64,000 bases of DNA from positions 7,976 through 71,975 of the forward strand of contig SUVR01000001.1 of the NCBI GenBank assembly GCA_015061915.1, in the 5' to 3' direction. Of this stretch, positions 1-8,933 are shown piece by piece. Position numbers and translations under genes: made by a program. How positions within the stretch are numbered: position 1 is the first letter of the stretch; the number at the start of each line of letters is the position of its first letter. The stretch comes from Lentisphaerota bacterium (GTDB taxonomy: Bacteria; Verrucomicrobiota; Lentisphaeria; Victivallales; UBA1829). The notes under the pieces were generated by a model that worked only from the letters and a program-made list of their open reading frames with translations, did no database searches and was not told the DNA's origin.

Positions 1-266
1 TAATTCTGCAAACTTTCCTGCCCGATGATGGTGATCGTCCGGACCGGAGAATCCGCTTGCCAGCGCAATCTGCCGTCTTTTTCATAGATCATGCTGCCCT
101 GGATCGTGACCTGCATTTCCAGATCGGCGATCGTACGGATCTGAGTGTAATCCGCCGTGGTGACTTTAACTTTTTTCAGGGGCGCAAGACGCTCTGCCAG
201 CGGTTGGGCGGCAGGCAGAGAAACGCACAACAGAAGAAAGAAAACAGTCAGGATCAGAGTTCGCAT
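1..266 (-). CDS. LolA-like lipoprotein-carrier family protein, N-terminal 88 codons (gene runs off the left edge)
   Basis: Not in the ORF track because there is no stop in the window. Own translation from ATG at 266..264: MRTLILTVFFLLLCVSLPAAQPLAERLAPLKKVKVTTADYTQIRTIADLEMQVTIQGSMIYEKDGRLRWQADSPVRTITIIGQESLQN. This is a signal peptide followed by a LolA-like strand pattern. The start overlaps the end of the upstream gene (254), so it belongs to the same operon. Confidence 0.45.
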   Translation of the reverse strand, partial: MRTLILTVFFLLLCVSLPAAQPLAERLAPLKKVKVTTADYTQIRTIADLEMQVTIQGSMIYEKDGRLRWQADSPVRTITIIGQESLQN

Positions 267-1699
267 ATGGAAAGTTCTCCCGTGGCACAGACTGTGTCAT
301 CGGACGCCCGTTTGACTTTGAAATCCAGCGTGTGATAGTTGTCGATCTGACCCGATTCCCGGATGCAGATATGCAGCAGATCTCCGCTTCGCACCGGTTC
401 GATGAAACGGATGCTGCGGACTCCGGTCAGCATCCCGCCCAGATTGTGATCATTCTTTTCAAAGCCGGTAATGACGGCACACGCTTGTGCCACGATCTCC
501 GGCAGCGCTTCGTTGTCCAGAATCCCCGCTCCATTCAGGAAACGGTTGTCCGGCTTGATCTCCGACTCCACCACGCTCCATTCCGCAAATTCGATCAAAC
601 GGTCCACCATAGTCATCGGCGGACGATGCGGGATCCATTGCTGTGCATCGCAGGGGACGGGCGGTTTCTGCCGCAGCAGTTCGCTGTTGTGCCAGCAGAG
701 CGGATCGGAGGCAAGGTAGTCGCCGGTGAGCTGATACGCCGCACCCCGGCAGCCGTAACAGCTTTCCGCTTTTTCGCAAGTTTTGCACGGACCTTTGATC
801 GTGGACCGGAAGTCCCGCAGTTTCTGCAGCACCACACTGGTCTGAACGATCGTTGCCAGATCCTGTTCGTACACATTCCCGATCTTTACGGTCAGTCCCA
901 CGCAGGGGATCACATTCCCGTTGGCACCAACGACTGCCGAGAACTGATGCCGCATACATTTTGAACCGACCAGCGGCGGCTGCGGTTCCCAGTCATAGCC
1001 CTGTTCCCGGTCGAAGGCGGCGATCTCCTCAAAGATCTCTTTCAACCGTGCCGGTTCCACTTCCAGCTGACGGTTTTCCAGCAATCTGCCTTGCGGTGTC
1101 AGGATTTCCAGATAAGGTTTGATCCCGTTCCGGCGCAGATATTTCCACAGGTCCACCACTTCTTTTTCGTTGGCGGAACAGATCACGGAGCTGGCAACCA
1201 GTGTATTGGAATCGAAGCCCGCCTCTTTCAGCAGCGCAATGGCGTTCAGGGCTTTATCCAATGCCCCTTTCACACCGGTCAGTTCCTCCTGGATCTGCGG
1301 GTTCAGGGTATTCAGTTTGACCACGATCCGGCAGCCGTATTCGTGGAAAAATTCTGCCCATTCCTTTGTCATCAGGGCGGCATTGGTAAAGATTTCCGCC
1401 ACCATGCCGAGACTGGTGATCAGTTTGATCTTTTCCTTCAGTTCCGGATAAAGCATGGGTTCACCGCCGAGGATCACGATCTTCCGCGCCCCCAACGCAT
1501 TCGCCTGACGGATCACTTCATCCGCCTTTGCCGAATCCAGAAAAACATTGGTCACACCACCTGCCGCATAGCAGTAAGGACACCGGTAGTTGCAGGTGCG
1601 GTTGAACTCAATTTCAATGGTGAGGAGTCCCCGTTTTGAGGCGGTTTCCCGGATCTCCTCCATCGTAAAATCAAATTTATGTTTGTCAAAAGGGATCAT
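254..1699 (-). CDS. radical SAM/SPASM enzyme fused to a C-terminal FabA/FabZ-like hotdog (dehydratase) domain
   Basis: CNYRCPYCY (CxxxCxxC) sits near the N-terminus. A Cys-rich SPASM-like region follows (GPCKTCEKAESCYGCRGAAY...PLCWHN). The last ~130 aa start IPHRPPMTMVDRL, resembling the LPHRYPFLLVD start of FabZ-type hotdog dehydratases. Confidence 0.75.
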   Translation of the reverse strand: MIPFDKHKFDFTMEEIRETASKRGLLTIEIEFNRTCNYRCPYCYAAGGVTNVFLDSAKADEVIRQANALGARKIVILGGEPMLYPELKEKIKLITSLGMVAEIFTNAALMTKEWAEFFHEYGCRIVVKLNTLNPQIQEELTGVKGALDKALNAIALLKEAGFDSNTLVASSVICSANEKEVVDLWKYLRRNGIKPYLEILTPQGRLLENRQLEVEPARLKEIFEEIAAFDREQGYDWEPQPPLVGSKCMRHQFSAVVGANGNVIPCVGLTVKIGNVYEQDLATIVQTSVVLQKLRDFRSTIKGPCKTCEKAESCYGCRGAAYQLTGDYLASDPLCWHNSELLRQKPPVPCDAQQWIPHRPPMTMVDRLIEFAEWSVVESEIKPDNRFLNGAGILDNEALPEIVAQACAVITGFEKNDHNLGGMLTGVRSIRFIEPVRSGDLLHICIRESGQIDNYHTLDFKVKRASDDTVCATGELSICEL

Positions 1700-1702
1700 G
1701 AT

Positions 1703-2995
1703 TCACTCCTTGCGCAGATCAAAGAACCGGACCGGCTTGCGTGAGACTCCGAAGACCCGTTTGCGGGCGTCTTCTTCACTGACCCCGATCACCGGCACAT
1801 GGATCCTGGTCCGATTGTAAAGCTGTTCCCGGATGTTCAGACTTTCCACCGTATGCCCGGCTTTGCACGCAACGAACATACTGATCTCATCGGAAAGGGC
1901 GCTGCCGCTGACTTCCATGTAATATTCCGACACCCCGTCAATGCCGTCCAGCACATTGAAAAAGGCGCCGGGGAAAAGAGTTGTCCCGTGAACTTTCAGC
2001 ATCTGGGCTTTGCGTCCGAGGATCGGACCGAGACGCAGCGTGTTTCTGCCGCAGGAACATTTCTCCGGAATGATGAAGCTGATGTCGCCCGTCCGGAAAC
2101 GGACCAGCGGCATCCCGGAGACCTGCAGGGGAGTCACGGTCACTTCACCGGTCACGCCATCCGGTACCCGGTTTCCTTTTTCGTCCAGGATCTCCACGAT
2201 CGCCAGATCGGCGGGCGGGTGTCCGCCGCAACGGGCGGAACATTCCGTAAAGCTGGTGACGATCTCACTGGAGGCGTAAGTGGAATGGACCGCTCCCGGC
2301 CAGAATTCTTCCAGTTTCTGTCCCAGCGGAGTCAACTTCATATCGCGGGTCCGGATCGGTTCGCCGATGCAGACGATCCGTTTGACACAGCTGCCGTCGA
2401 TCCCGTTGTCTTTCAGATATTGTCCCAGTTTCGCAATGAAACTCGGAACCCCTACGATCCCTTCCGGATGGACCATGGAAAGAATCGAGGCGTGGCTGGC
2501 AATGGTGTTCAGTCCGTTCCGGACAGCGGACGCACCCACTTTGACCACGCCCTGATAGTACGCAAGCCCCGCAATGAAACAGCGGTCAATGGTGCAGGTC
2601 AGCAATACTTTATCCGTTGGGACCATCCCCGCAGCCTTGAACCCGACTGCATCGTTGTAGCCCAGGCGGTCCAGGTCACCGGCGGAATACACGATCCGGC
2701 AGGGATTCCCGGTCGTTCCGCTGGTGAAACAGATATCGGCGATCTGTTCTTCCGGTACGGCAAAAAATTCTTCGTTGTGTTCCGCAAGATCACTTTTGCT
2801 GGTGGTGGGCAGCTCCTGCAGGGAGTCATAGTCAAACACCTTATCCGGATCGAATCCGGCAAACCGTTTCCGGTAGAACGGGGAATTTTCCCGGCAGTAA
2901 CGGATATGTTCCGCCAGCAGACAGTCCTGTTCTTTCCGGATCTCCGCTGCGGGGAGAAAAGAAATATCATCCTTCAGTTCAAATTTTGTTTTCAT
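1703..2995 (-). CDS. PaaK / coenzyme F390 synthetase-like adenylate-forming acyl-CoA (or acyl-ACP) ligase
   Basis: TSGTTGNP adenylation motif, 430 aa, PaaK-like length and layout. There is a 3-nt gap to the next gene downstream. Confidence 0.75.
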   Translation of the reverse strand: MKTKFELKDDISFLPAAEIRKEQDCLLAEHIRYCRENSPFYRKRFAGFDPDKVFDYDSLQELPTTSKSDLAEHNEEFFAVPEEQIADICFTSGTTGNPCRIVYSAGDLDRLGYNDAVGFKAAGMVPTDKVLLTCTIDRCFIAGLAYYQGVVKVGASAVRNGLNTIASHASILSMVHPEGIVGVPSFIAKLGQYLKDNGIDGSCVKRIVCIGEPIRTRDMKLTPLGQKLEEFWPGAVHSTYASSEIVTSFTECSARCGGHPPADLAIVEILDEKGNRVPDGVTGEVTVTPLQVSGMPLVRFRTGDISFIIPEKCSCGRNTLRLGPILGRKAQMLKVHGTTLFPGAFFNVLDGIDGVSEYYMEVSGSALSDEISMFVACKAGHTVESLNIREQLYNRTRIHVPVIGVSEEDARKRVFGVSRKPVRFFDLRKE

Positions 2996-3783
2996 GACTT
3001 TTTCTCTTTCAGGAGTTCATCCATTTTTGCAAGTTCTTCTTCCATTCTGCGGAAAACGGTCTTTTTCAGGACAAATGCCGTGGCGCATTGCCGTACTTCC
3101 TCTGCCGGGATCGGGGTAAGACGCCGGATCAGCAGATCCCGGAACATACGGAAACGGAATTTCCGGTCCGGCATATATTCGTTGCCGGCGATACAAAGCA
3201 TATACACCGGCAATCCCAGATCCAGTGCGATCTTGAAGATCCCGCTGTGAAAGGCATTCATTTTTTCCGATTCGGACCGGGTTCCTTCAGGAAATGCCAC
3301 GATCACATCATTTTCTGCGATCACTTCCGCAGCATTTTTCTCCAATGTCTCAAAGTTCCAACCTGTGATGTCCAGATAACCGCCCAGTTTCGCTCCCCAA
3401 CCGATCACCGGCGCACGCATGGGCCAGCCGTTGACCGTCTGGGCGCAACTTTCTCCCATAACTGCCACCAGAAAAGCATCCGTTGCCGCCCGGTGATTGA
3501 CTACCACGATCCCCGGCGCACGATCCTTCCCGCATCCGGAAAGATCTTCGTAACGGACCCGGAAGAAGGGCAGCCACATGATCCGCACCATTGTCCAGCC
3601 GAACAGAAACAGCAGAAACCGCATAAAATGGCGGCGTTTGCTGCGGGGGAAAAGCAGGCTGATTCCCACCGGCAGCAGCATGGCGGTCCAGTAGAACGCA
3701 GTCCAGAAGACCGTCAGAAAATAGATCGGAAAGCTGCGGCAGAAGGTGGAAAGCGCAGATGATTTTTGCGGTTCACTGCTCAC
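2992..3783 (-). CDS. lysophospholipid acyltransferase (LPLAT/PlsC family), membrane-anchored
   Basis: NHRAATD (HX4D) and FPEGTRS motifs with hydrophobic N-terminal helices. 4-nt overlaps with both neighbours. Confidence 0.8.
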   Translation of the reverse strand: MSSEPQKSSALSTFCRSFPIYFLTVFWTAFYWTAMLLPVGISLLFPRSKRRHFMRFLLFLFGWTMVRIMWLPFFRVRYEDLSGCGKDRAPGIVVVNHRAATDAFLVAVMGESCAQTVNGWPMRAPVIGWGAKLGGYLDITGWNFETLEKNAAEVIAENDVIVAFPEGTRSESEKMNAFHSGIFKIALDLGLPVYMLCIAGNEYMPDRKFRFRMFRDLLIRRLTPIPAEEVRQCATAFVLKKTVFRRMEEELAKMDELLKEKKS

Positions 3784-4052
3784 AGTTTTTCTGCCAGTTC
3801 CGGATGTTCTGCAATGAGTTTTTCAAAAAGCGTGTAAACATCTTCCAGCGTCTTGACTTCCCGGATCTCTTTGTTTTCACGCAGCATGATCCCGAACTTC
3901 TGCTGAAGTCCTACGATCATATCCACAATATCCAGACTGTCCAGTCCAAGATCATCCAGAATGTGCTTTTCCGGTGTCAGGTCTGCTTCTTCAAATTCAA
4001 AACGCTCAATAAAAATTGAGTTCACTGCTTTCACGATCGCATCACGGTTCAT
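3780..4052 (-). CDS. dedicated acyl carrier protein
   Basis: 90 aa with the LGLDSLDIV phosphopantetheine-attachment motif. Confidence 0.85.
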   Translation of the reverse strand: MNRDAIVKAVNSIFIERFEFEEADLTPEKHILDDLGLDSLDIVDMIVGLQQKFGIMLRENKEIREVKTLEDVYTLFEKLIAEHPELAEKL

Positions 4053-4087
4053 CGTTTTTTCTCCTCAAAATGTATGTTATTCTTGTT

Positions 4088-5311
4088 TCAGTCAACAGAT
4101 TTACAGACCAGACTTGCATTCACACCGCCGAAGGCAATGCTGTTTTTGATACACACCCGTACTTTGTGATCCATCAGCTGACGGGGCAGCAGGATCCCTG
4201 CACAGTCATCCACCTGTTCCAGATTCCGGGTTGGCAGTACGATCCCGTTCTGCATCATCCCGTGGACCGCCGCAAGTTCCAATGCGCCGGATGCACCCAG
4301 CGTGTGACCGAGATGCCCCTTCAGACTGGAGACCGGAACTTTGTCGCCCAGAACGGATCGGATCGCCGCCGCTTCCGCTGCGTCGCCTACTTTTGTGCCG
4401 GTGGCGTGGGCGCTGACATAGTCCACATCTTCTGCATTGATCCCCGCATCGGCGAGGGCGGTACGCATACAGTTGGCGATCTGTACTTCATCGGAGTGGC
4501 TCACGTGCCAGCCGGAACAGTTTGTGGCGTATCCGGCAAGCTCAAAAAGAATATTGGCACCGCGGGCTTTGGCGTGTTCGTATTCTTCCACCACCAGAAT
4601 CCCTGCTCCTTCCGCACAGACAAGTCCTTCCCGGTTGGCGTCAAAGGGGCGTGCCAGCTTTTCCGGTTCCGGCGTTTCCCGTTCTGCCAGCGCATAAAGC
4701 AGCTGGAAAGAGGATGCCACAAGACTGGTCGTTTCATCCGAACCGCCGGAAATGACCACATCTGCCTTGCCGAGCCGGATCAGCTCCTGTGCCGCACCCA
4801 GGGCTTGAAGACCGGAGGCACAGGCGGAGCAGGGCGCGAGCTGGATCCCGTTGATCCCGAACATATCCGCCACATTGAACGCGGAAGAATGGCTCATCAA
4901 CCGGAAAAAGTGGCAGGCGGAAAGATCATCCCGTCTTCCCTCGGCTTCAGCGGTACAGGCATCCGTCATACTGGAGGCGCTGCCCACGGTGCTGCCGATA
5001 ACGCAAGCAACTCTGCCCGTGGTGAAAAGTGCCGGATCAAGACCGCTGCTCAAAACTGCTTCCTGCGCCGCAAGTCCCGAAAACAATGCCGCATTGCCCA
5101 TTGTCCGGCGGACTTTCCGGTTGATCTTTTTGACCTGGACCGGATCCACACTCACCGGTGCATTGGCAATGTTTTTTCCGAAATGATCATACCATTCCGG
5201 CATGGCACGGACTCCGGAACGGTTCGCAAGGAGAGCCTCCCAAAGTTCTTTTACCGAGTTCCCCAGCGGGCTGATGACCCCGATCCCTGTTACAACTGCG
5301 CGTCTGTTCAT
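4088..5311 (-). CDS. beta-ketoacyl-ACP synthase (FabF/FabB-like KS), catalytic triad intact
   Basis: CSACASG active-site Cys, HATGT and GHTLGASG His motifs. Confidence 0.85.
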   Translation of the reverse strand: MNRRAVVTGIGVISPLGNSVKELWEALLANRSGVRAMPEWYDHFGKNIANAPVSVDPVQVKKINRKVRRTMGNAALFSGLAAQEAVLSSGLDPALFTTGRVACVIGSTVGSASSMTDACTAEAEGRRDDLSACHFFRLMSHSSAFNVADMFGINGIQLAPCSACASGLQALGAAQELIRLGKADVVISGGSDETTSLVASSFQLLYALAERETPEPEKLARPFDANREGLVCAEGAGILVVEEYEHAKARGANILFELAGYATNCSGWHVSHSDEVQIANCMRTALADAGINAEDVDYVSAHATGTKVGDAAEAAAIRSVLGDKVPVSSLKGHLGHTLGASGALELAAVHGMMQNGIVLPTRNLEQVDDCAGILLPRQLMDHKVRVCIKNSIAFGGVNASLVCKSVD

Positions 5312-5368
5312 AGATTTTCTGTCTGCAATTTTTGCGTATGTTATTTTATTTTTACTTTACAAAAACAA

Positions 5369-5396
5369 AATATACTGTAAAAACAGAAAAAATCAA
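5369..5396 (-). promoter_or_regulatory. candidate internal sigma70-like promoter inside the lipid cluster
   Basis: On the minus strand: TTGATT (5396..5391), 16-nt spacer, TATATT (5374..5369). It lies in the only AT-rich gap (5312..5424) of an otherwise tightly packed operon. Confidence 0.35.
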
Positions 5397-5424
5397 GGCG
5401 TGATAAGACATAGTATGGATTTTT

Positions 5425-6912
5425 TCAGAGAAAACGGCGGATCAAACCGGTGTAGATGTCTTCTCCCAGCACCTGACGGAAAACGGAAAAAGAGGCAAGC
5501 ATCGTTCCCATGACACCCGGTACCAGCGCACTTTGTCCCGCCGCAAAAAAGTTGGAGACCGGCAGCTGACCGCAGATCCGTGCCTGACCGCAGATACATC
5601 TTGCGCCGTAGGCACTTCCGGTGGGCGGATCGTAGTCCAGACAAGTCCACGGGCTGCCGCTGGCAACCACATGAAGTTTTCCCTTCAGCGCAGGGTGGAC
5701 CGCTTCGATCTCTGCCGCTGCTTCCTGCACCATCGCCGCCTTGAATGTCTGATACGCTTCATCGTTCTGCCGTTCCCGGTGAGTGGCAGAAAATCCCTGC
5801 GGCATCCCTTCAAAACGCATCGTCCGGAATGCAGAGACCGTATGACGCAGGACGCCGGTCCGATCCGTTTCCCGGTTGAACAGGATCCCGGTGCTGTGAG
5901 CGCGGGTGCCGTCGGTCAGAATGTGATCGATATCGTTGCCGGAAAAATAGGAGACCAGCCCTTCCGGTACCGCTTCGTCGGCGGTAAAATAGGAACAGAA
6001 AAAGCTGCAGGATTCTTTCAGACGCCGGATCCGCCGTTCGTGGGACGGCGTTTTTGCTTCGTCCGGCAGAACATTCTGGATCGCAAGGGGATGCGTTGTG
6101 AAGAAAATATGTTCCGCATCCAGTGTTGTGCCGTCGGAAAGGCGGACTTCATGGCAAGCACCGTCGGAATCGGGAGCGGTGAATTTCAGCAGTTCCGTAC
6201 CGGTCCGGATGTCGATCCCGTACCTTTCCGCTTCCCGTTTGAAGGCGCGGATCATGGCATCACCGCCATCGTCCGGACGGGCGAGATCGGTGTGCAGGGC
6301 GTACCCCACCCGTGCGTGAAAACTCATTGGTGCTTCCGAAAGGGGCGTGCCGTGACACATGGCAAAAGATCCGGTACAGGCCGTTGCTGCCGGAGAAAGT
6401 CCCAGAGACTGACAGATCTCTCCCGCAGTCGTGAGATCATATCGGGAAAAATCGGGTGTCAATGGCGAAAGATCCCGCAGATCGTGCATGGGAGTCGTAT
6501 CCCAGATCTCCTGTTCGATCCGGAAAAATTCCCGGATCTTTTCCGCTTCATCCGGAAACGCATTGCAGCAGGCTTCCGCCGCTCCGGTATGACCGCAATC
6601 CGCCGGGAGCAGGATCTCTTTCCCGCTTTCGGCAAGTACGATCCGGTTGGAAATCGGGGTGCTGCCGACTGCATCGGACAGCCCCAGCACCTGCATCATC
6701 TGTTCCATTATTCCGTTCCGGCTGAATCCGCCTGAAAAATGATAGCCCGTATCGAAGGGGATCCCGTTCCGGTAAAAACGCCGCAGATAGCCGCCGATCT
6801 CCGGCTGACTTTCAATCAGCGTCACCGGTCTGCCGGACCGGGCAAGAAGCAGGGCAAGGGTCAAGCCGCCGGCTCCGGAGCCGCAGACAATATTGGTCCG
6901 TTCCCGCCGCAT
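5425..6912 (-). CDS. FAD/NAD(P)-dependent oxidoreductase, phytoene desaturase (CrtI)-like family
   Basis: N-terminal dinucleotide-binding fold IVCGSGAGGLTLALLLARSG. 495 aa, CrtI-like length. Confidence 0.7.
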   Translation of the reverse strand: MRRERTNIVCGSGAGGLTLALLLARSGRPVTLIESQPEIGGYLRRFYRNGIPFDTGYHFSGGFSRNGIMEQMMQVLGLSDAVGSTPISNRIVLAESGKEILLPADCGHTGAAEACCNAFPDEAEKIREFFRIEQEIWDTTPMHDLRDLSPLTPDFSRYDLTTAGEICQSLGLSPAATACTGSFAMCHGTPLSEAPMSFHARVGYALHTDLARPDDGGDAMIRAFKREAERYGIDIRTGTELLKFTAPDSDGACHEVRLSDGTTLDAEHIFFTTHPLAIQNVLPDEAKTPSHERRIRRLKESCSFFCSYFTADEAVPEGLVSYFSGNDIDHILTDGTRAHSTGILFNRETDRTGVLRHTVSAFRTMRFEGMPQGFSATHRERQNDEAYQTFKAAMVQEAAAEIEAVHPALKGKLHVVASGSPWTCLDYDPPTGSAYGARCICGQARICGQLPVSNFFAAGQSALVPGVMGTMLASFSVFRQVLGEDIYTGLIRRFL

Positions 6913-6916
6913 CGGA

Positions 6917-7654
6917 TCAGATCACCAGACCGCCGTTGACGGCGATCACCTGACCGTGGATATACGTGCTGTCCGGTCCGCAGAGAAAACTCACGGTTCC
7001 GGCGATTTCCGCCACTTTCCCGGTCCGGTGCAGGGGGATCAGGGGCAGGATCTGATCTTTCGGAAGATCTTTGGTCATATCGGTTTCGATCACGCCGGGA
7101 GCAACCACGTTCACAAGGACGCCTTTTCTGCCTACTTCACGGGCAAGTGCCTTTGCTGCACCGATCAACGCCGCTTTCGTGGCGGAATAGTTCACCTGAC
7201 CTGCCTGTCCGGTCTGACCGGAGGCGGAACTGATAATGACCACCCGCCCGCGACGCTTTGCCAGCATCCCGAAGACCAGCGGCTGGACCGTATTGTAAAA
7301 TCCGTTCAGATTGGTATCCAGCACGCTTTCCCATTCGTTGTCATCCATAAACACGAAAAGGTTGTCTTTGGCGATCCCGGAGTTGTAAACGACCACATCC
7401 GGCGGATTTTCTGTGGGGAACGTTTCAGCCAGAACGGTCCGTGCCGCCGCCCGGTCGCAGACATCCAGTTCCAGAATATTGCAACACCCGCCTGCAGCGG
7501 TGATCGCTTCGACCAGCGCAGCAGAATCTGCACCCTGTTTCCGGCAGGTCGCAGTGACTTCAAATCCATCTTTTGCAAGGCGTTCCGAAATTGCCTTTCC
7601 GATTCCCCGGCAACCGCCGATCACGAGAGCTTTTCTGCTGTTTTCTGCTGTCAT
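6917..7654 (-). CDS. 3-oxoacyl-ACP reductase (FabG-family SDR)
   Basis: 245 aa short-chain dehydrogenase. Contains GGCRGIG cofactor loop, NYSATKAAL (YxxxK) and FabG-like C-terminus IHGQVIAVNGGL. Confidence 0.85.
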   Translation of the reverse strand: MTAENSRKALVIGGCRGIGKAISERLAKDGFEVTATCRKQGADSAALVEAITAAGGCCNILELDVCDRAAARTVLAETFPTENPPDVVVYNSGIAKDNLFVFMDDNEWESVLDTNLNGFYNTVQPLVFGMLAKRRGRVVIISSASGQTGQAGQVNYSATKAALIGAAKALAREVGRKGVLVNVVAPGVIETDMTKDLPKDQILPLIPLHRTGKVAEIAGTVSFLCGPDSTYIHGQVIAVNGGLVI

Positions 7655-7676
7655 TTCAGTTTATCCTTCTATTTGA

Positions 7677-8933
7677 TCACTCTGTATATTTTTTGAAGAT
7701 GAGGGCGGCATTGTGTCCACCGAAACCGAGACTGTTGCTGAGGATGAATTCCGGATCTGCCTGACGCGCAATGTTCGGAGTGACATCCAGATCACATTCC
7801 GGGTCCGGTGTGGTGTAATTGATCGTGGGCGGTACAAGCCCGGTCTCAGCCGTTTTTACGCAGGCGACTGCCGCCAGTGCGCCCGCCGCTCCCAAGGCGT
7901 GTCCGATCATACTTTTGACTGCACTGACTGCGATTTTATCCGCATGAGCGCCGAAGACTGCCCGGATGGCTTTCGTTTCGCATTTGTCATTGGCTATTGT
8001 GCCGGTTCCGTGAGCGGAGATACAGGTAATATCCTCCGGTCTGCATCCTGCGTGAGCGATTGCCATTTGCATCGCCCGGATGTCGCCGGTACCTTCGGGA
8101 TCGGGGCTGGTGATGTGCCAGGCGTCGCAGGTCGCACCGTATCCGATCAGTTCTGCCAGAATGGTTGCACCCCGTTGTTTTGCGTGTTCCAGCTCTTCCA
8201 GTACCAGCAGGGCGGCACCTTCTGCGATCACGAAGCCGTCCCGGTTCAGATCAAAGGGTTTACAGGCTTTTTCCGGTTCTCCGTTCTGAAGGCTGAGTGC
8301 CGTCAATGCAGCGAAACCGCCGGTCAGGAGACGGGTCACACAAGTTTCTGAACCGCCGGCCAACATCAGATCGGCATCGCCCCGTTTGATCTGCCAGAAG
8401 GCTTCCCCGATGGCGTGTGAGGAGGAAGCACAGGCGGAGGATACGCTGAAATTCGGACCTTTCAGCCCGAAACGGATCGCCACGGATCCGGAAGCGGTAT
8501 TGGTGATATAGGACGGCACAAAAAAGGCGGAAAGCCCGCTTCCCCGTGCCAGTGCCGCTGCGTTTTTGTCATAGACTTCCACCCCGCCAGCACCGGATGA
8601 GATCAGAGCACCTGCACGGAATGGGTCCGGCAGAGTGATTTTTGCCGTTTCTGCATCCAGCAGTTTTGCTTGCGTCAGGGCTTCGTGTGCGGCAGCAATG
8701 GCAAAGCGTGTGAACCGGGCGGTGCGCCGTTCTTCTTTCACGGTCATGCCCGGCACAACCAGATCCCGCACTTCTCCGGCAATGGTCACCGGCAGTTTCG
8801 GTTCCGGTTCAAAAAGGGAGATCTGCCGGATCCCGCTTCTGCCGTGGGACAGAGTCTCCCACAGTTCCTGCACGGAATTTCCGCCGCAGCTTACTGCGCC
8901 CATACCGGTAATGACGATCCGCCGTTCTTTCAT
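7677..8933 (-). CDS. beta-ketoacyl-ACP synthase (FabF-like KS), catalytic triad intact
   Basis: SSACASSSHAIGEA, HGTGT and GHALGAAG motifs. I place the start at MKERRIVITGMG (ATG 8933), which forms an ATGA overlap with the stop of the upstream hydrolase gene. The ORF-track start 9008 is an extension. Confidence 0.85.
   Translation of the reverse strand: MKERRIVITGMGAVSCGGNSVQELWETLSHGRSGIRQISLFEPEPKLPVTIAGEVRDLVVPGMTVKEERRTARFTRFAIAAAHEALTQAKLLDAETAKITLPDPFRAGALISSGAGGVEVYDKNAAALARGSGLSAFFVPSYITNTASGSVAIRFGLKGPNFSVSSACASSSHAIGEAFWQIKRGDADLMLAGGSETCVTRLLTGGFAALTALSLQNGEPEKACKPFDLNRDGFVIAEGAALLVLEELEHAKQRGATILAELIGYGATCDAWHITSPDPEGTGDIRAMQMAIAHAGCRPEDITCISAHGTGTIANDKCETKAIRAVFGAHADKIAVSAVKSMIGHALGAAGALAAVACVKTAETGLVPPTINYTTPDPECDLDVTPNIARQADPEFILSNSLGFGGHNAALIFKKYTE

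Noticed and set aside
57-335. A 92-aa plus-strand ORF at the left edge.
   Set aside because: It is antisense to the LolA-like gene start and the rSAM gene end. It has no RBS and no motif.
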